This document shows positions 36,832-46,900 of a stretch of 64,000 bases of DNA, in pieces (position 1 is the first letter of the stretch; each line of letters starts with the position of its first letter). The notes under the pieces were generated by a model. It did no database searches. It was not told where the DNA came from and saw nothing but the letters and a program-made list of their open reading frames with translations. Source of the stretch: a bacterium (GTDB lineage: Bacteria; UBA8248); assembly GCA_965204535.1 (NCBI GenBank), contig CBDBEV010000001.1:1504001-1568000 (forward strand). Direction: 5' to 3'. Both the position numbers and the translations under genes were made by a program.

Positions 36832-37791
36832 ATGACTGCCACCGAGACACACGACCACAAGGAGAGCATCATGCACGAGGTTGACAACATCGAAGCGCAG
36901 AACGAATCCTTCACCGCCATGGTATGCGAGCAGGCCGCACTGTTCGGCGCCACCCCCGGGCCGGACGAGTTCGACAACCGGCCCGTCTGGGGCGAGGCGG
37001 AGTCCACCGCCGCCGTCCTCAAGGCCTTCGTCGCACTTGCAGAGGCAGCGCCCGACGGAACGCAGCTGGCCGACGAGCGGGCGAGTCTCCTGTGGGGCTT
37101 CGTCAACACCCTCGACGCCCAGACCCAGCGCCTCGACCGCGCCGCCGACAGGCTCATCCCCGGCATCCGTGAAATGCAGCGCGAGCAGGACGGCTCGGAG
37201 ATCCGCTCCCGCGAACTCGAACTCGCGACCGACCGCGCCGGGAATCTCACCGCCCGCCGCGACGCGTTCGAAGGGCTGAGAGACGCTGCCGCAGAGGCCT
37301 ACCGCGTCGAGACCGGCGAGGTCTGGCGTCCCAGACGAGGATCGCACGTCTCGCAGACCGGCAAGCTCACCTCTGCGGTGATCGAGGCGCGTGACTTCCA
37401 GCGTGCAAAAAAGGACCGCGAGAACACCGCCCACCTCCCCCAGGGAACCCTCGTCGCCGTCGCGGGTGGCAAGGAAGCCACCGACGCGGGCAAAATCATC
37501 GGCCAGCTCGACAAGCTGAAAGCCAAGTACGCCGACGTCGTCCTCGTCCACGGCGGCGGCCCCGGGGCCGAGAAGATTGCAGCAGGATGGGCCGAGCGGA
37601 ACGGCGTCCACCAGATCGTCTGCAAGCCCGACTGGGACGCCCACGGCAGGGCCGCTCCCTTCCGGCGCAACGACGAGCTGCTCTCCCTCCTCCCCAAGGG
37701 CGTGATCGCGTTCCCCGGCTCGGGCATCACCGACAACCTCGTCGACAAAGCCCGCTCGCTCGGCATCCCCGTCCAACGCGTCGCGGCTTGA
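36832..37791 (+). CDS. DUF2493 / YspA-like SLOG-domain protein with a helical N-terminal domain
   Basis: C-terminal VAVAGG, LVHGGGPGAEKIA, PDW..HGRAAPFRRND, VIAFPGSG. Confidence 0.85.
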   Translation: MTATETHDHKESIMHEVDNIEAQNESFTAMVCEQAALFGATPGPDEFDNRPVWGEAESTAAVLKAFVALAEAAPDGTQLADERASLLWGFVNTLDAQTQRLDRAADRLIPGIREMQREQDGSEIRSRELELATDRAGNLTARRDAFEGLRDAAAEAYRVETGEVWRPRRGSHVSQTGKLTSAVIEARDFQRAKKDRENTAHLPQGTLVAVAGGKEATDAGKIIGQLDKLKAKYADVVLVHGGGPGAEKIAAGWAERNGVHQIVCKPDWDAHGRAAPFRRNDELLSLLPKGVIAFPGSGITDNLVDKARSLGIPVQRVAA

Positions 37792-37830
37792 TGCACGAAG
37801 TCCACGGGTCGCGTCGCAGCGGCAACAACT

Positions 37831-39612
37831 GAGACTGTGAAAGTATTCCCACGATTCTGGTGGGTGACGCTGGCGAGCGATGCCCGGGTTGTCTGTACAT
37901 GCTATCTTTACCGGTGAGTGAGATAACCACATAAAGGGTCACCACCATGTCCGAGAGACGTTATCAGGAGGTGCAGTCCCGAAGCCAGATGATGCTGCTT
38001 CCGCCGTGTCTGGACGACTACGTGTCCGAGCACAATGCGGTGCGCGCGATCGATGCGTTCGTCGGCACGCTGGACCTGGAGGCGCTGGGGTTCGCGCATG
38101 CCGAAGCGAACTGCGGCGCCGGTCAGCCGGCTTTCGACCCGGCGCTGCTGCTGAAGCTGTATCTGTACGGCTACCAGCACCGGGTACGGAGTTCGCGCCG
38201 TCTCGAAGCGGAGACGCGGCGCAATCTGGAAGTGATCTGGCTGTGCCAGGGTGCGACGCCGAGCTACAAGACGATTGCGGATTTTCGCAAGAACAATGTG
38301 GCTGCGCTGCAGGAGGCCAACCGGGAGTTCGTGCTGCTGTGCCGCGAACTCTCGCTGCTGGGCGGCAGCCGGGTGGCGGTCGACGGGACTTTTTTGAAGG
38401 CCGATGCGAACCTGGACAGCTTCCAAACCAAGCGGTCCCTGGCAAGGGACCTGAGGCGTTTGGAGAAGAGGATTGCGGCGTATCACCGGCAGTTGGACGA
38501 GGCGGATGCGCGCGGGGAGGAGTGTGGGGACGGTTCGGAGGATCCGGACCTGCCGGTGAAGCTCAAGGCCTTGATCGAGAGGCAACAAAAGAAGAAGGCA
38601 CTGCAAGAGCATTTGCAGGAAAGCGGAGAGCGTCAGGTATCGGGGGTCGATGCAGATGCTCGACTTCTGAGGAACGGCGATATAATGGTGGGCGGATACA
38701 ACTGCCAGATCGCGGTGGACGACAAGCACAAGCTGATTGTCGCGGAGGATGTGGTGCAGGACGGCAATGACTCCGCTCAGTTGGAGCCGATGATGACGAA
38801 AGCCGGCGAAGCCATGGGCAGCGAACGCCTGGTCGGCCTGGCGGATTCGGGCTACTTCAACGGCGCACAGTTGAAGAGTTGCGAAGACAAGGGAATGGAG
38901 GTGTATGTTCCGATACCGAACCAGACGGCCCGCAAGGGCAAGGACGGACGATTCGGCAGCGATGAATTCCGTTACGATGCGCAGGATGACACGTATGTCT
39001 GTCCGGCCGGAGAGCGTCTGGTTCGAGGCGGCACGACCACCGTCAGGGGCAGGCTGTATTACTTTTATCGCGGGACGGCGGCGGTTTGCCGGGACTGTTC
39101 GTTGTCGGGCCGATGCCTGACAAAGTCGAGATCGACGCGCAGGATACAACGCTGGGAGCATGAGGACGTGGTGGACCGGCATCGCAAGAAGATGAACGCC
39201 CGTGTGCCATTGATGCGCGGGCGAAGCACACTCGTCGAACATCCATTCGGTACGATCAAGCGCTGGGCGGGGATGGATCATTTTGTGATGCGCGGACTCG
39301 GCAAATGCCGCGGCGAATTCAGCCTGATGACGCTGGGTTACAACTTCAAGCGGGTCATGCGTGTGCTGGGCGGAGCTGCATTTGTGGAGCATTGTCTGCA
39401 AAAACAGCGGTTGGGGACGAATGGCGTGTGAACTTGAAGCCGATTCTTCGAGGACTTGACCGCGACCCCGAGCTGACCGGCCGCCGAGACGTTTCTCTCC
39501 CGGCTCTGCGGTGTTGTTGCTCCCGAAGTTGAAGACAGTGTCCGGCCATCGGGCTGCAAGCGTAAGCGAGCCCTGTTCCGGAGACTGTGAAATCCAATAC
39601 TCTCACAGTCTC
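37831..39612 (+). mobile_element. IS1182-family insertion sequence
   Basis: IRL GAGACTGTGAAAGTATT (37831-37847) and IRR AATACTCTCACAGTCTC (39596-39612), 16/17 match; 13-bp direct repeats AGCGGCAACAACT at 37818-37830 and 39613-39625. Confidence 0.92.
37947..39431 (+). CDS. IS1182-family transposase
   Basis: LLKLYLYGY...SSRRLE, PSYKTIADFRK, VAVDGT, GYNCQIAVD, ADSGY, YVCPAG, VEHPFGTIK. Confidence 0.95.
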   Translation: MSERRYQEVQSRSQMMLLPPCLDDYVSEHNAVRAIDAFVGTLDLEALGFAHAEANCGAGQPAFDPALLLKLYLYGYQHRVRSSRRLEAETRRNLEVIWLCQGATPSYKTIADFRKNNVAALQEANREFVLLCRELSLLGGSRVAVDGTFLKADANLDSFQTKRSLARDLRRLEKRIAAYHRQLDEADARGEECGDGSEDPDLPVKLKALIERQQKKKALQEHLQESGERQVSGVDADARLLRNGDIMVGGYNCQIAVDDKHKLIVAEDVVQDGNDSAQLEPMMTKAGEAMGSERLVGLADSGYFNGAQLKSCEDKGMEVYVPIPNQTARKGKDGRFGSDEFRYDAQDDTYVCPAGERLVRGGTTTVRGRLYYFYRGTAAVCRDCSLSGRCLTKSRSTRRIQRWEHEDVVDRHRKKMNARVPLMRGRSTLVEHPFGTIKRWAGMDHFVMRGLGKCRGEFSLMTLGYNFKRVMRVLGGAAFVEHCLQKQRLGTNGV

Positions 39613-39633
39613 AGCGGCAACAACTGCGGCGCG

Positions 39634-39690
39634 GCCCGTCGCTTCTCTCCTCGCCCGTCGCTTCTCTCCTCGCCCGTCGCTTCTCGCCTC
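39634..39690 (+). repeat. Tandem repeat, 3 x 19 bp (GCCCGTCGCTTCTCTCCTC)
   Basis: Copies at 39634, 39653 and 39672; the third is slightly variant; no spacers. Confidence 0.85.
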
Positions 39691-39840
39691 GATCACTCCA
39701 CCGCTCCTCTCCTGGTTGCTTTGCTCGCCTCCGCCCGCTCAGTCGCCGCGGCGGCTCCCGCTCGCCAGTCTCTCCGGCGTAAATTCCCCTGTCGTTCGTT
39801 CCCAAAAATCCGCCGTTAGCCGCCCTTCGGCGCTTCGGAT

Positions 39841-39865
39841 TTCACACCGGACGCATCGCTGATGC
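39841..39865 (-). other. Candidate oriT nic site (MOBF-type)
   Basis: Minus strand GCATC-AGC-GATGC hairpin overlapping TGCGTCCGGTGT^GAA; resembles F (TGCGTGGGGTGT^G) and R388 (TGCGTATTGTCT^A) nic sites as recalled. Predicted nick between 39844 and 39843. Confidence 0.7.
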
Positions 39866-39958
39866 TGGTGTCGCGTGGGCTGCGAATGACTGCGATCTCC
39901 AGCGCCTGGCTTTTACGGTTCATCCTCCCGCGCGCTTCTGTCGTGCCGAAACAAGTAA

Positions 39959-40110
39959 TACCAATCTGGTGTCACGATATCTCTTTGAAATTCCTGCACT
40001 TAAAAATGGCGTATGCTCATTGTAATACGATGTAATACGGGGATTTCCCGCAAGATACCAGATTGGTAGTACACGGAGGTGCGCTGCGTTATGATGGCTA
40101 CCAATATGGT
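39959..40110. promoter_or_regulatory. Three TACCA-N3-TGGT boxes and tandem TGTAATACG; probable relaxosome-accessory binding sites
   Basis: Boxes at 39959-39970, 40056-40068 and 40099-40110; TGTAATACG at 40021 and 40031; between nic and the RHH gene. Confidence 0.6.
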
Positions 40111-40242
40111 GGTTCGTGGAACGGCGTCACGGACCTGATTTTTGGGAGCGCGGCGGTTGCGTTTGGTGCAAGAAATGAGAATTTTACGGGCATTTTGTGA
40201 CCAAAACGAATGAAGATTTTCTCGTAAGGAGCGACGAAACGG

Positions 40243-40557
40243 ATGGTTCAGACGATACAGAAGAACATCAGAGTCACGCCCGAACAGTGGAAACGAATTG
40301 AAAATGAGGCCGAAAAGCGCGAAATGTCGCCCAACCGACTGGTGGTAGAGTTCGTGATGGAAGCCCTGGAGCGCCGTGAATGGCCCCGAACCCAAGCGGA
40401 AATCCACTTATTGCGTTCCGCCATGTTCACCGCGCAGGCCATCATCCGCGACATGGAGAGAGACGGACGGGAGGAAGAAATCGAGCAAATCAGCCGGACT
40501 ATCTCCGAAGTCGCGCCGGAATTGCCGAACAAATCGGTGAAGGTGCTACGGGATTGA
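40243..40557 (+). CDS. Ribbon-helix-helix protein, probable relaxosome accessory factor (TrwA/TraY-like role)
   Basis: QKNIRVTPEQWKRIENEAEKREMSPNRLVVEFVMEAL beta-helix-helix pattern; AAGGAG RBS; points away from the nic site. Confidence 0.65.
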   Translation: MVQTIQKNIRVTPEQWKRIENEAEKREMSPNRLVVEFVMEALERREWPRTQAEIHLLRSAMFTAQAIIRDMERDGREEEIEQISRTISEVAPELPNKSVKVLRD

Positions 40558-40903
40558 GGGGGGTTCTGGGAGCATGGATGCGTGAGTTGACCTTCTCGAT
40601 CCAGATGATTCAGCCAGATAAGCTCAACGATATTGGCAAAGTCGGTGACCAACGGAATATAGAAGAGTTTCTTGCTAATATTTCCAAGGCAGGCTTTCGA
40701 ATAATTTATGGCAGTATGAGGAGCGAGAAGCAATAAACCAAGAGAGAATATAGATGCTTTCTCACTTAATAATACAGCCCTAACATTAGTTCTATATATT
40801 GTAATCCAAATGTAATGATAATACTAGATATAGCGATTTTTCTTAATTTGGGATATAATTCTCCATTTTAAGCGTGAGCAGTTGGAAAGGACATATTACT
40901 AAG

Positions 40904-43900
40904 ATGCCCGACCCGTCGTTATCACATTTAGCCTCCCTTCTCCGACCCGTTGTTCAACTTATCATGAGTCGTGTAGCACGTTTGCATGCGGAACATCAGG
41001 CCGGGCAAATGCCTACAGGTGTATCATCAAACCTCCTAGAAAAAACTCTCAACGAGACGTTACACAGATTGCGCGGAGGGAACGTCGAAGATTCTTGGTG
41101 GCGAAACATCTTGGATCGGATTGGACAAGAATACATCGCCCCTGAATTTCTAAAAAAGCCTGCATTGCAAGAGTGGCTGGCCGAAGAACGAGTCTCAGAC
41201 AACCTTAAAGCACTAGCAAGTGCGCAGATTATGAGTAGCAATGCCAATGATGTAGAAACCCGCTCGCACTTGGCACAAAGCTATTCGGAACAAACAGGAG
41301 AAACCCTCCAATTTGCAGACGGCCCGATAGACATTGTAGTTGCTGTTCTCGTAGCAGGGTACATAGCATCTATTCCACCCGATCAACACCCGGTAGCTGG
41401 CATGGTTCAGGAAGTTGCAAAGCAAGTGAGCGGGGTTTCTGAGCAACTGCATGAAATTAGATCGTTGCCCGTTACGGACCCAATTACTCAACAGGCACAC
41501 ACAGAAAAGGCAACCCAAGAATTAGATAAAATCCTAATCCTGAGAGCGTTCAATCCACCCAGGGCACGACAGAACATCCAAAACTTGTTGGGCCGTGTAG
41601 ATGATGAGGGTGATCTCTTAGCTGCATCCAACCCTGTTAAAAACCTAATCCTTTATTGGGCAGCAAGACTATTTGCCAGCAAAGCCGAAACACTTGAAAT
41701 AGCAAGGCATCTCAGAAATGAGCTACAACAAACTGACTTGGACATGGAAATTTCCATTGTAGATGCTCTTATTTCGGCGGAGGAGGGTAACGACGAAGAG
41801 GCCCTTCGCCTTCTTCGTGACCATGATGACCCTGATTTTAGAACTGTTTTTTTTAGTGTGCTAAGTCAGTTTCGGGGTGAAAGCGACGCATTAAATTGGT
41901 TTCAACAACAAGATGACTGTAATAATCCTCAATTTTTCACCGCTGTAGGCTGGAGGAATTGGGCTCTTTGCATGGCTAAAGAAAGGAGATGGGAAGAAGT
42001 ATGTCAACGCCTCATCAATTTCGAATCATTTTGGCCAAAGATGCCCGCTCTAGCGGTTATCGAAGGAGTCATCAACGCTGCTTTGTTATTACCAGAAGAT
42101 TATCGAGAGAAAACACTCGAGACTGTTCCTATTTTTCAGGGCGTCTCCTCACATTTAGTAGCTCAGACAGAGAATTATCATTCTCGCGCTACAATCTGTT
42201 TCGAATTCGCCGATAAAAACCTACAGGATATCGCCGATCACGATTTGCGAAGGTTCATTTCGGATTGGCGCCTTTGGCTTCGGCTGATGGATCCAAATGA
42301 AACGAACGCAAACGATACTCGCGCTGAGATACGTCAAAACATGGAGGAAGGCGCGAAAGCCGTCGAACTGATACTTTTCGCTTGGACATTTGATATACCT
42401 TTCAATGTTGAGCCTTTAAAACAATATCTGGAAGAAAGAAAACAATTTGGCGGACTCAACGAGCATGAATTTCTAGCGCAAGGACTTCTCTTCGAGCGGT
42501 CCATGAGTCCTCGTGATTTTGTAATCTATCTGGAACAGTACGGGCCGCAATTGAGTAAAGTGATGCACCCAGCTTTGGTGGTCACTATGCATATTGATGC
42601 ACTGGCGAGGGATGGTCAGATTGCAAAGGCGCGCACACTGATCGCCGAAAATGCCGCCGAGCTTGGAGATGAGTATTCGAGTCGACTGAATGCAATGGTC
42701 AATATCGAAGAAGGTGATGATCCTCGTGAACAGCTTGAGCATCTTTACCGTAAGAATAGACGTCTTATTGATCTAAAGAATTTTGTTTCCTATTTGAAGA
42801 CTGTGAATGATAGCGCGGCACTCCGACCTTTAGTTCGCAAATTGTTTGAGCTTGAACGAAACCTCGTTAATGCACTTGATGTTGTAACAACTTTAAGTTC
42901 TCCTTTATTTGATTTTGCAGCAATCATCGAGTTTTTACAGGCTAATCCCGACATCCTTGAGCAGAGTGATGACTTGAAAGAGGCAAAGGCGTGGGCCTTG
43001 TTTCATGCCGGCCGGCTCCATGAATCAAGAGAAATTAACGACATCCTTATCAGACAAAGGATAAATCAGAATGTTTTGCGCCTCGACATCAATATCGCTA
43101 TTTGCTCCGGTGATTGGGAGCGAATAGCGGCGATCATCGATCGTGAGTGGGACCGGCAGGATTCACACGACTCTAAAACATTGATGTATTTAGCTCGGCT
43201 TGCGGGCCAACGGGGGCAAGTACCCGACCGCGCGCTACAGCTCGCGAGGTTAGCAACAGAAAAAGCACAGGATCAGCCTGACATCCTGGCGGCTGCTTAT
43301 TGGCTACATTTTCAACTCGGGCGTGATGACGAAGCGGACCCAAGCTGGCTCGCAAGAGCATCCGAGCTTTCGTCCCCCGATGAAGGCCCCCTCCAACGTG
43401 TAAACCTAGAGGATTTGGTCACGGAGTGGATTCCAAAGCGCGAAGAGTACGTACGCGAGTTGGAACAAAAGTGGCTCAAAGGTGAAATACCTATAGTCTT
43501 GGCAGCAAGCGGATTCAATATGCCGCTGTCACGCCTTCTACTTCATCTCCCCGATCAGAATACGAAAGAATCTGACGGCCGCCGTAGAGCGCTACTGCCG
43601 ATCATCGCCGGCCTTCGGAATCCGATTGAATTGGGAGATAAGTGGACGATCGGACTGGATGTGACTTCGATCATGGTACTTGCCCATCTTGACCTATTGA
43701 AAACAGCCGTTGATGCATGCCATCACATCAAACTGTCCCCAGATATCATGGAGCATCTGCTCAGAGAACGGGATGCAGTTCGTTTTCATCAACCTTCTCT
43801 CATTGAAGCAGCCAAGCAGGTGTGGAGACTCCAAAACCAGGGACGTCTTCGAGCCGCTGACGAATTAGCCGTGCCTCCCCAAGCAATGGCAGAGGAAGTA

Positions 43901-46900
43901 GGACTTGAACTCGCCTCGCTCTTCGAAATCGCAAAACATGACGAAGGAAAGGTCATTTGTGTCTTCCCAATCCACAAAGTCAGTTCGCTAATGGAGCAAC
44001 AAGCGGACACTACTGAATACGACGATTTCATACTCTCGACTGTTGACCTTTGCACACTGGTGTATGAAGAGGGGCAAATCAACGAGGCTGATTATCAACG
44101 TGCAAAGCTGTTCTTGAATCGTCAAGGCCAAACGGAGCATTGGGATCCACTATTTTCTAATCTCAACGGTCCTATTTACATAGATCGACTTGCTCTAACC
44201 TATCTGCAAAACGCAAAAGTATTGGAGTCAATAGCTTCCCTAGGGCTGGATATTCGAATCCATCCAAATGTTTTACAAGAAATGAACGCACTCATTGAAA
44301 CAGGCAATGTGGGCGACAACCTCATGAACGAAATTGAAGGGATTCGGAATATCCTACGGAATGCGCTGGCTTCGGGAACGGCGTCTTTACTTCCTCGTGC
44401 TGCGGACCAAAACGTGCGGGTTCAGGAACACGAATTTCAATTCCGAGCGATGGAATCTTTGCTAGTGGGTAGCACTGCTTGCGATGCGCTTTGTATTGAT
44501 GATCGCAACATCAATGCTTACCCCGTAGTAGATGCATCCATCGAACGACAGGTGTCCATCCTTTGTGTATTAGACAAATTGCGCTACTTATTTTCTCAAG
44601 GATACATCAGTGTCGATGAACACTGGGCAGCGCGACACAAGCTCCGGTGGAGTGGTTTTGTCTTTATCCCACTCGAGTCCGACGAATTGGTGCATTGGCT
44701 GATGGCGAGTAATATCCATAATGGCCAACTAACCGAAAGCGCTGAACTGAGAGTTATTCGCCAGTCAATGGCTCGCGTGGATTCCCTGCCTACTTCGAAA
44801 GAAGTTTTACCCTTCTCCGTTAGCCTTCAACATACCTGTAAAGCTGCTATCGAGCGCTTGTGGGGAAATGAATCCCTGACGATAGAACAGGCAACGATAT
44901 TATCCAATTGGGTTTGGCGACACTTAATAAAAACAACTTTCTGGGGTTGCGAACAGATCAAACAGGATAATCCTGGCGATTGGCTCCGAAAATTAATATC
45001 TCAACGTTTAGGGTATTTGCTTTTGCCAACAACTATACAATCACATGAGCACCACGTTAATTATACTCGTTGGTTCGATCAAACTGTAATCGAGTTCTTA
45101 CGGCCTGCGAACGTGGACACAATCAAGCAGGCACTTAAGTCGACTTGTGATGCGATTTCTGCCCTTGAGAACGATAGGGAAACATATGGCTTCCTCTTTC
45201 TCGGGCAATTGCCGGAGAGTGTTCGTAGAGTTGTTTTGACCCAAGAGCCCGAATTCGCCAAGCGATGCGGTTTTGAGACAAGGAGGGTTTTCTCGATAGG
45301 AGCAGAAATCAAACTGGCAGACAGCGAGTTGTTTGTCGCCGCAAGAGAAGTTCTGGCTAAAAATAAAGAAAGTTCCATCCAAGATGTTTCCGGGAAAGAC
45401 GTGTCAATCGATCTCGATGTCGAGCGCAAGACCATTATTGTACAATGGTCCGATACCGAGGGTGTTTCACGTCAGGTTCCGATTCCAGACTTGACTCTGC
45501 TCTCACCAAACCGGGAAGTAAGGCTCAACGCTCTTCGCGACATTATTACTCGTTTTGGACCGACCGCAGAGGATTTTCGATATCTTCTCGAGGAAATTGA
45601 TTCACATGAACTGAATCACCAGGAGCTTTCCGCAATACTTGATGAGTCCACTAACGGTGTAGCCGCTATCCATGCCAACTTGACCAAAAAGATAAACGAC
45701 GGTTTCTCCGTCAGTGTTGCAGACATTATCCCGCAATCCATTTCCTATTTCGAACGATTTGCTGGCCCGAACCCTCTCAAGCGGAAACCTGAAGCATATT
45801 TTGAAGAAGTTCTCGTCCCTTACCGGAAAGAACTTTTGAGTCGAGACCTTCGTGCAGGGCTCGATATCTGTTGTCTCGGGGCACTTCGAGACGATCTGAC
45901 TCCCGGACAGTGGGTTGTAGATATCGACAATGACACCTTATGGGATGCTCTCTGTGCTTTTAATGTGAAAACCAATCCTTTCTCGTTGCTGGGTGCTCTT
46001 GATGTCGCGCTTTATCGCCTGGATGATCCACGTTTTCGGAAATTCTCGGCGGAGGCAGTTACCAAGTTGTCAGACGAAAGTTGCGGTCAATCGGATGACC
46101 CTGACTCATATAAACTTATTCAGATTTTCTTCAATTTTGTGTTCAATGCAATAAATCTTCTGGAAAATGGAGCGAATTTTCCCGGTTATTGGAAAAGGCT
46201 CAGTGCATGGATGCAGGCTGGCCAGATTGTCAAAGCCATGACGGAGTCCTCCGTATCAGTGGATATCAATGATCTCGAACGATGGGCTCATTCCAACATA
46301 ACCCCGGCTGGCGTTTTTGCGTTGCTTCTGGATGCCAGAAAGGAGCCGATGCTGTCCGCGAATATCGTTACGCCTTCGGCTCTGCGTAAAGAAATATTCG
46401 GTCGTTTGCTAACACTTAAGTCACGTCATGAGAGCGAAGGTCGTCAAATACCAGGAGCAGAGGATATAAACCGTGCAATTGACCAAGCTGAAATTCGCGG
46501 AGAAAGACCTATTTTGATTCTACCTGGACCCCTTGAGGGTCATCGACGACCTACGGAACCTATTCCGCTAGAGGGGACCGAAAAACTCAAAGAAACTTTA
46601 CCGGATGGCAATGACCCATTATTTTTACAGCAACTTGCAGTTTTTGCTCAGTTTTTTGCCTTAGGTGAATCGGAACTTGAACGCGCAAGGGAAAGCGTAA
46701 AGGCGATAACGAAAAATATCCTTGATGCCGACCCCCATGGGAACCTAAGTTGCTTGGAATTTGCTAGTACTGTCGCGGCGACAAACCGCGACACGATGTT
46801 AGCGGATGAAATTGCGGATGCGGTTGTCAGAATCGCTTCTGGGATTTCTGAAGCAAAAGATATCCAAGTGATTCTTCGAATTATATTGCACGCTGCCGTC

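Larger units (their letters stand above)
1..40557. mobile_element. Backbone of an F-type/MOBF conjugative element (ICE or plasmid); boundaries lie outside the window
   Basis: Contiguous tra operon, leading-region genes, candidate oriT and RHH gene; the cargo island follows to the right. Confidence 0.85.

Noticed and set aside
22772-37932. Long minus-strand ORFs (for example 22772-24310, 29816-31948, 32820-34493, 36226-37932)
   Set aside because: Antisense shadows of well-supported genes in high-GC DNA, with no recognisable motifs.
39634-39690. 19-bp repeats as a CRISPR array or iterons
   Set aside because: Head-to-tail with no spacers, only three copies, and no cas or rep gene; looks like slippage beside the IS target.
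40080-40100. CGCTGCGTTATG as a nic site (resembles the IncN nic as recalled)
   Set aside because: Lacks the GTGT end and the adjacent inverted repeat, and its strand conflicts with the leading-gene orientation; the 39844-39865 site fits better.
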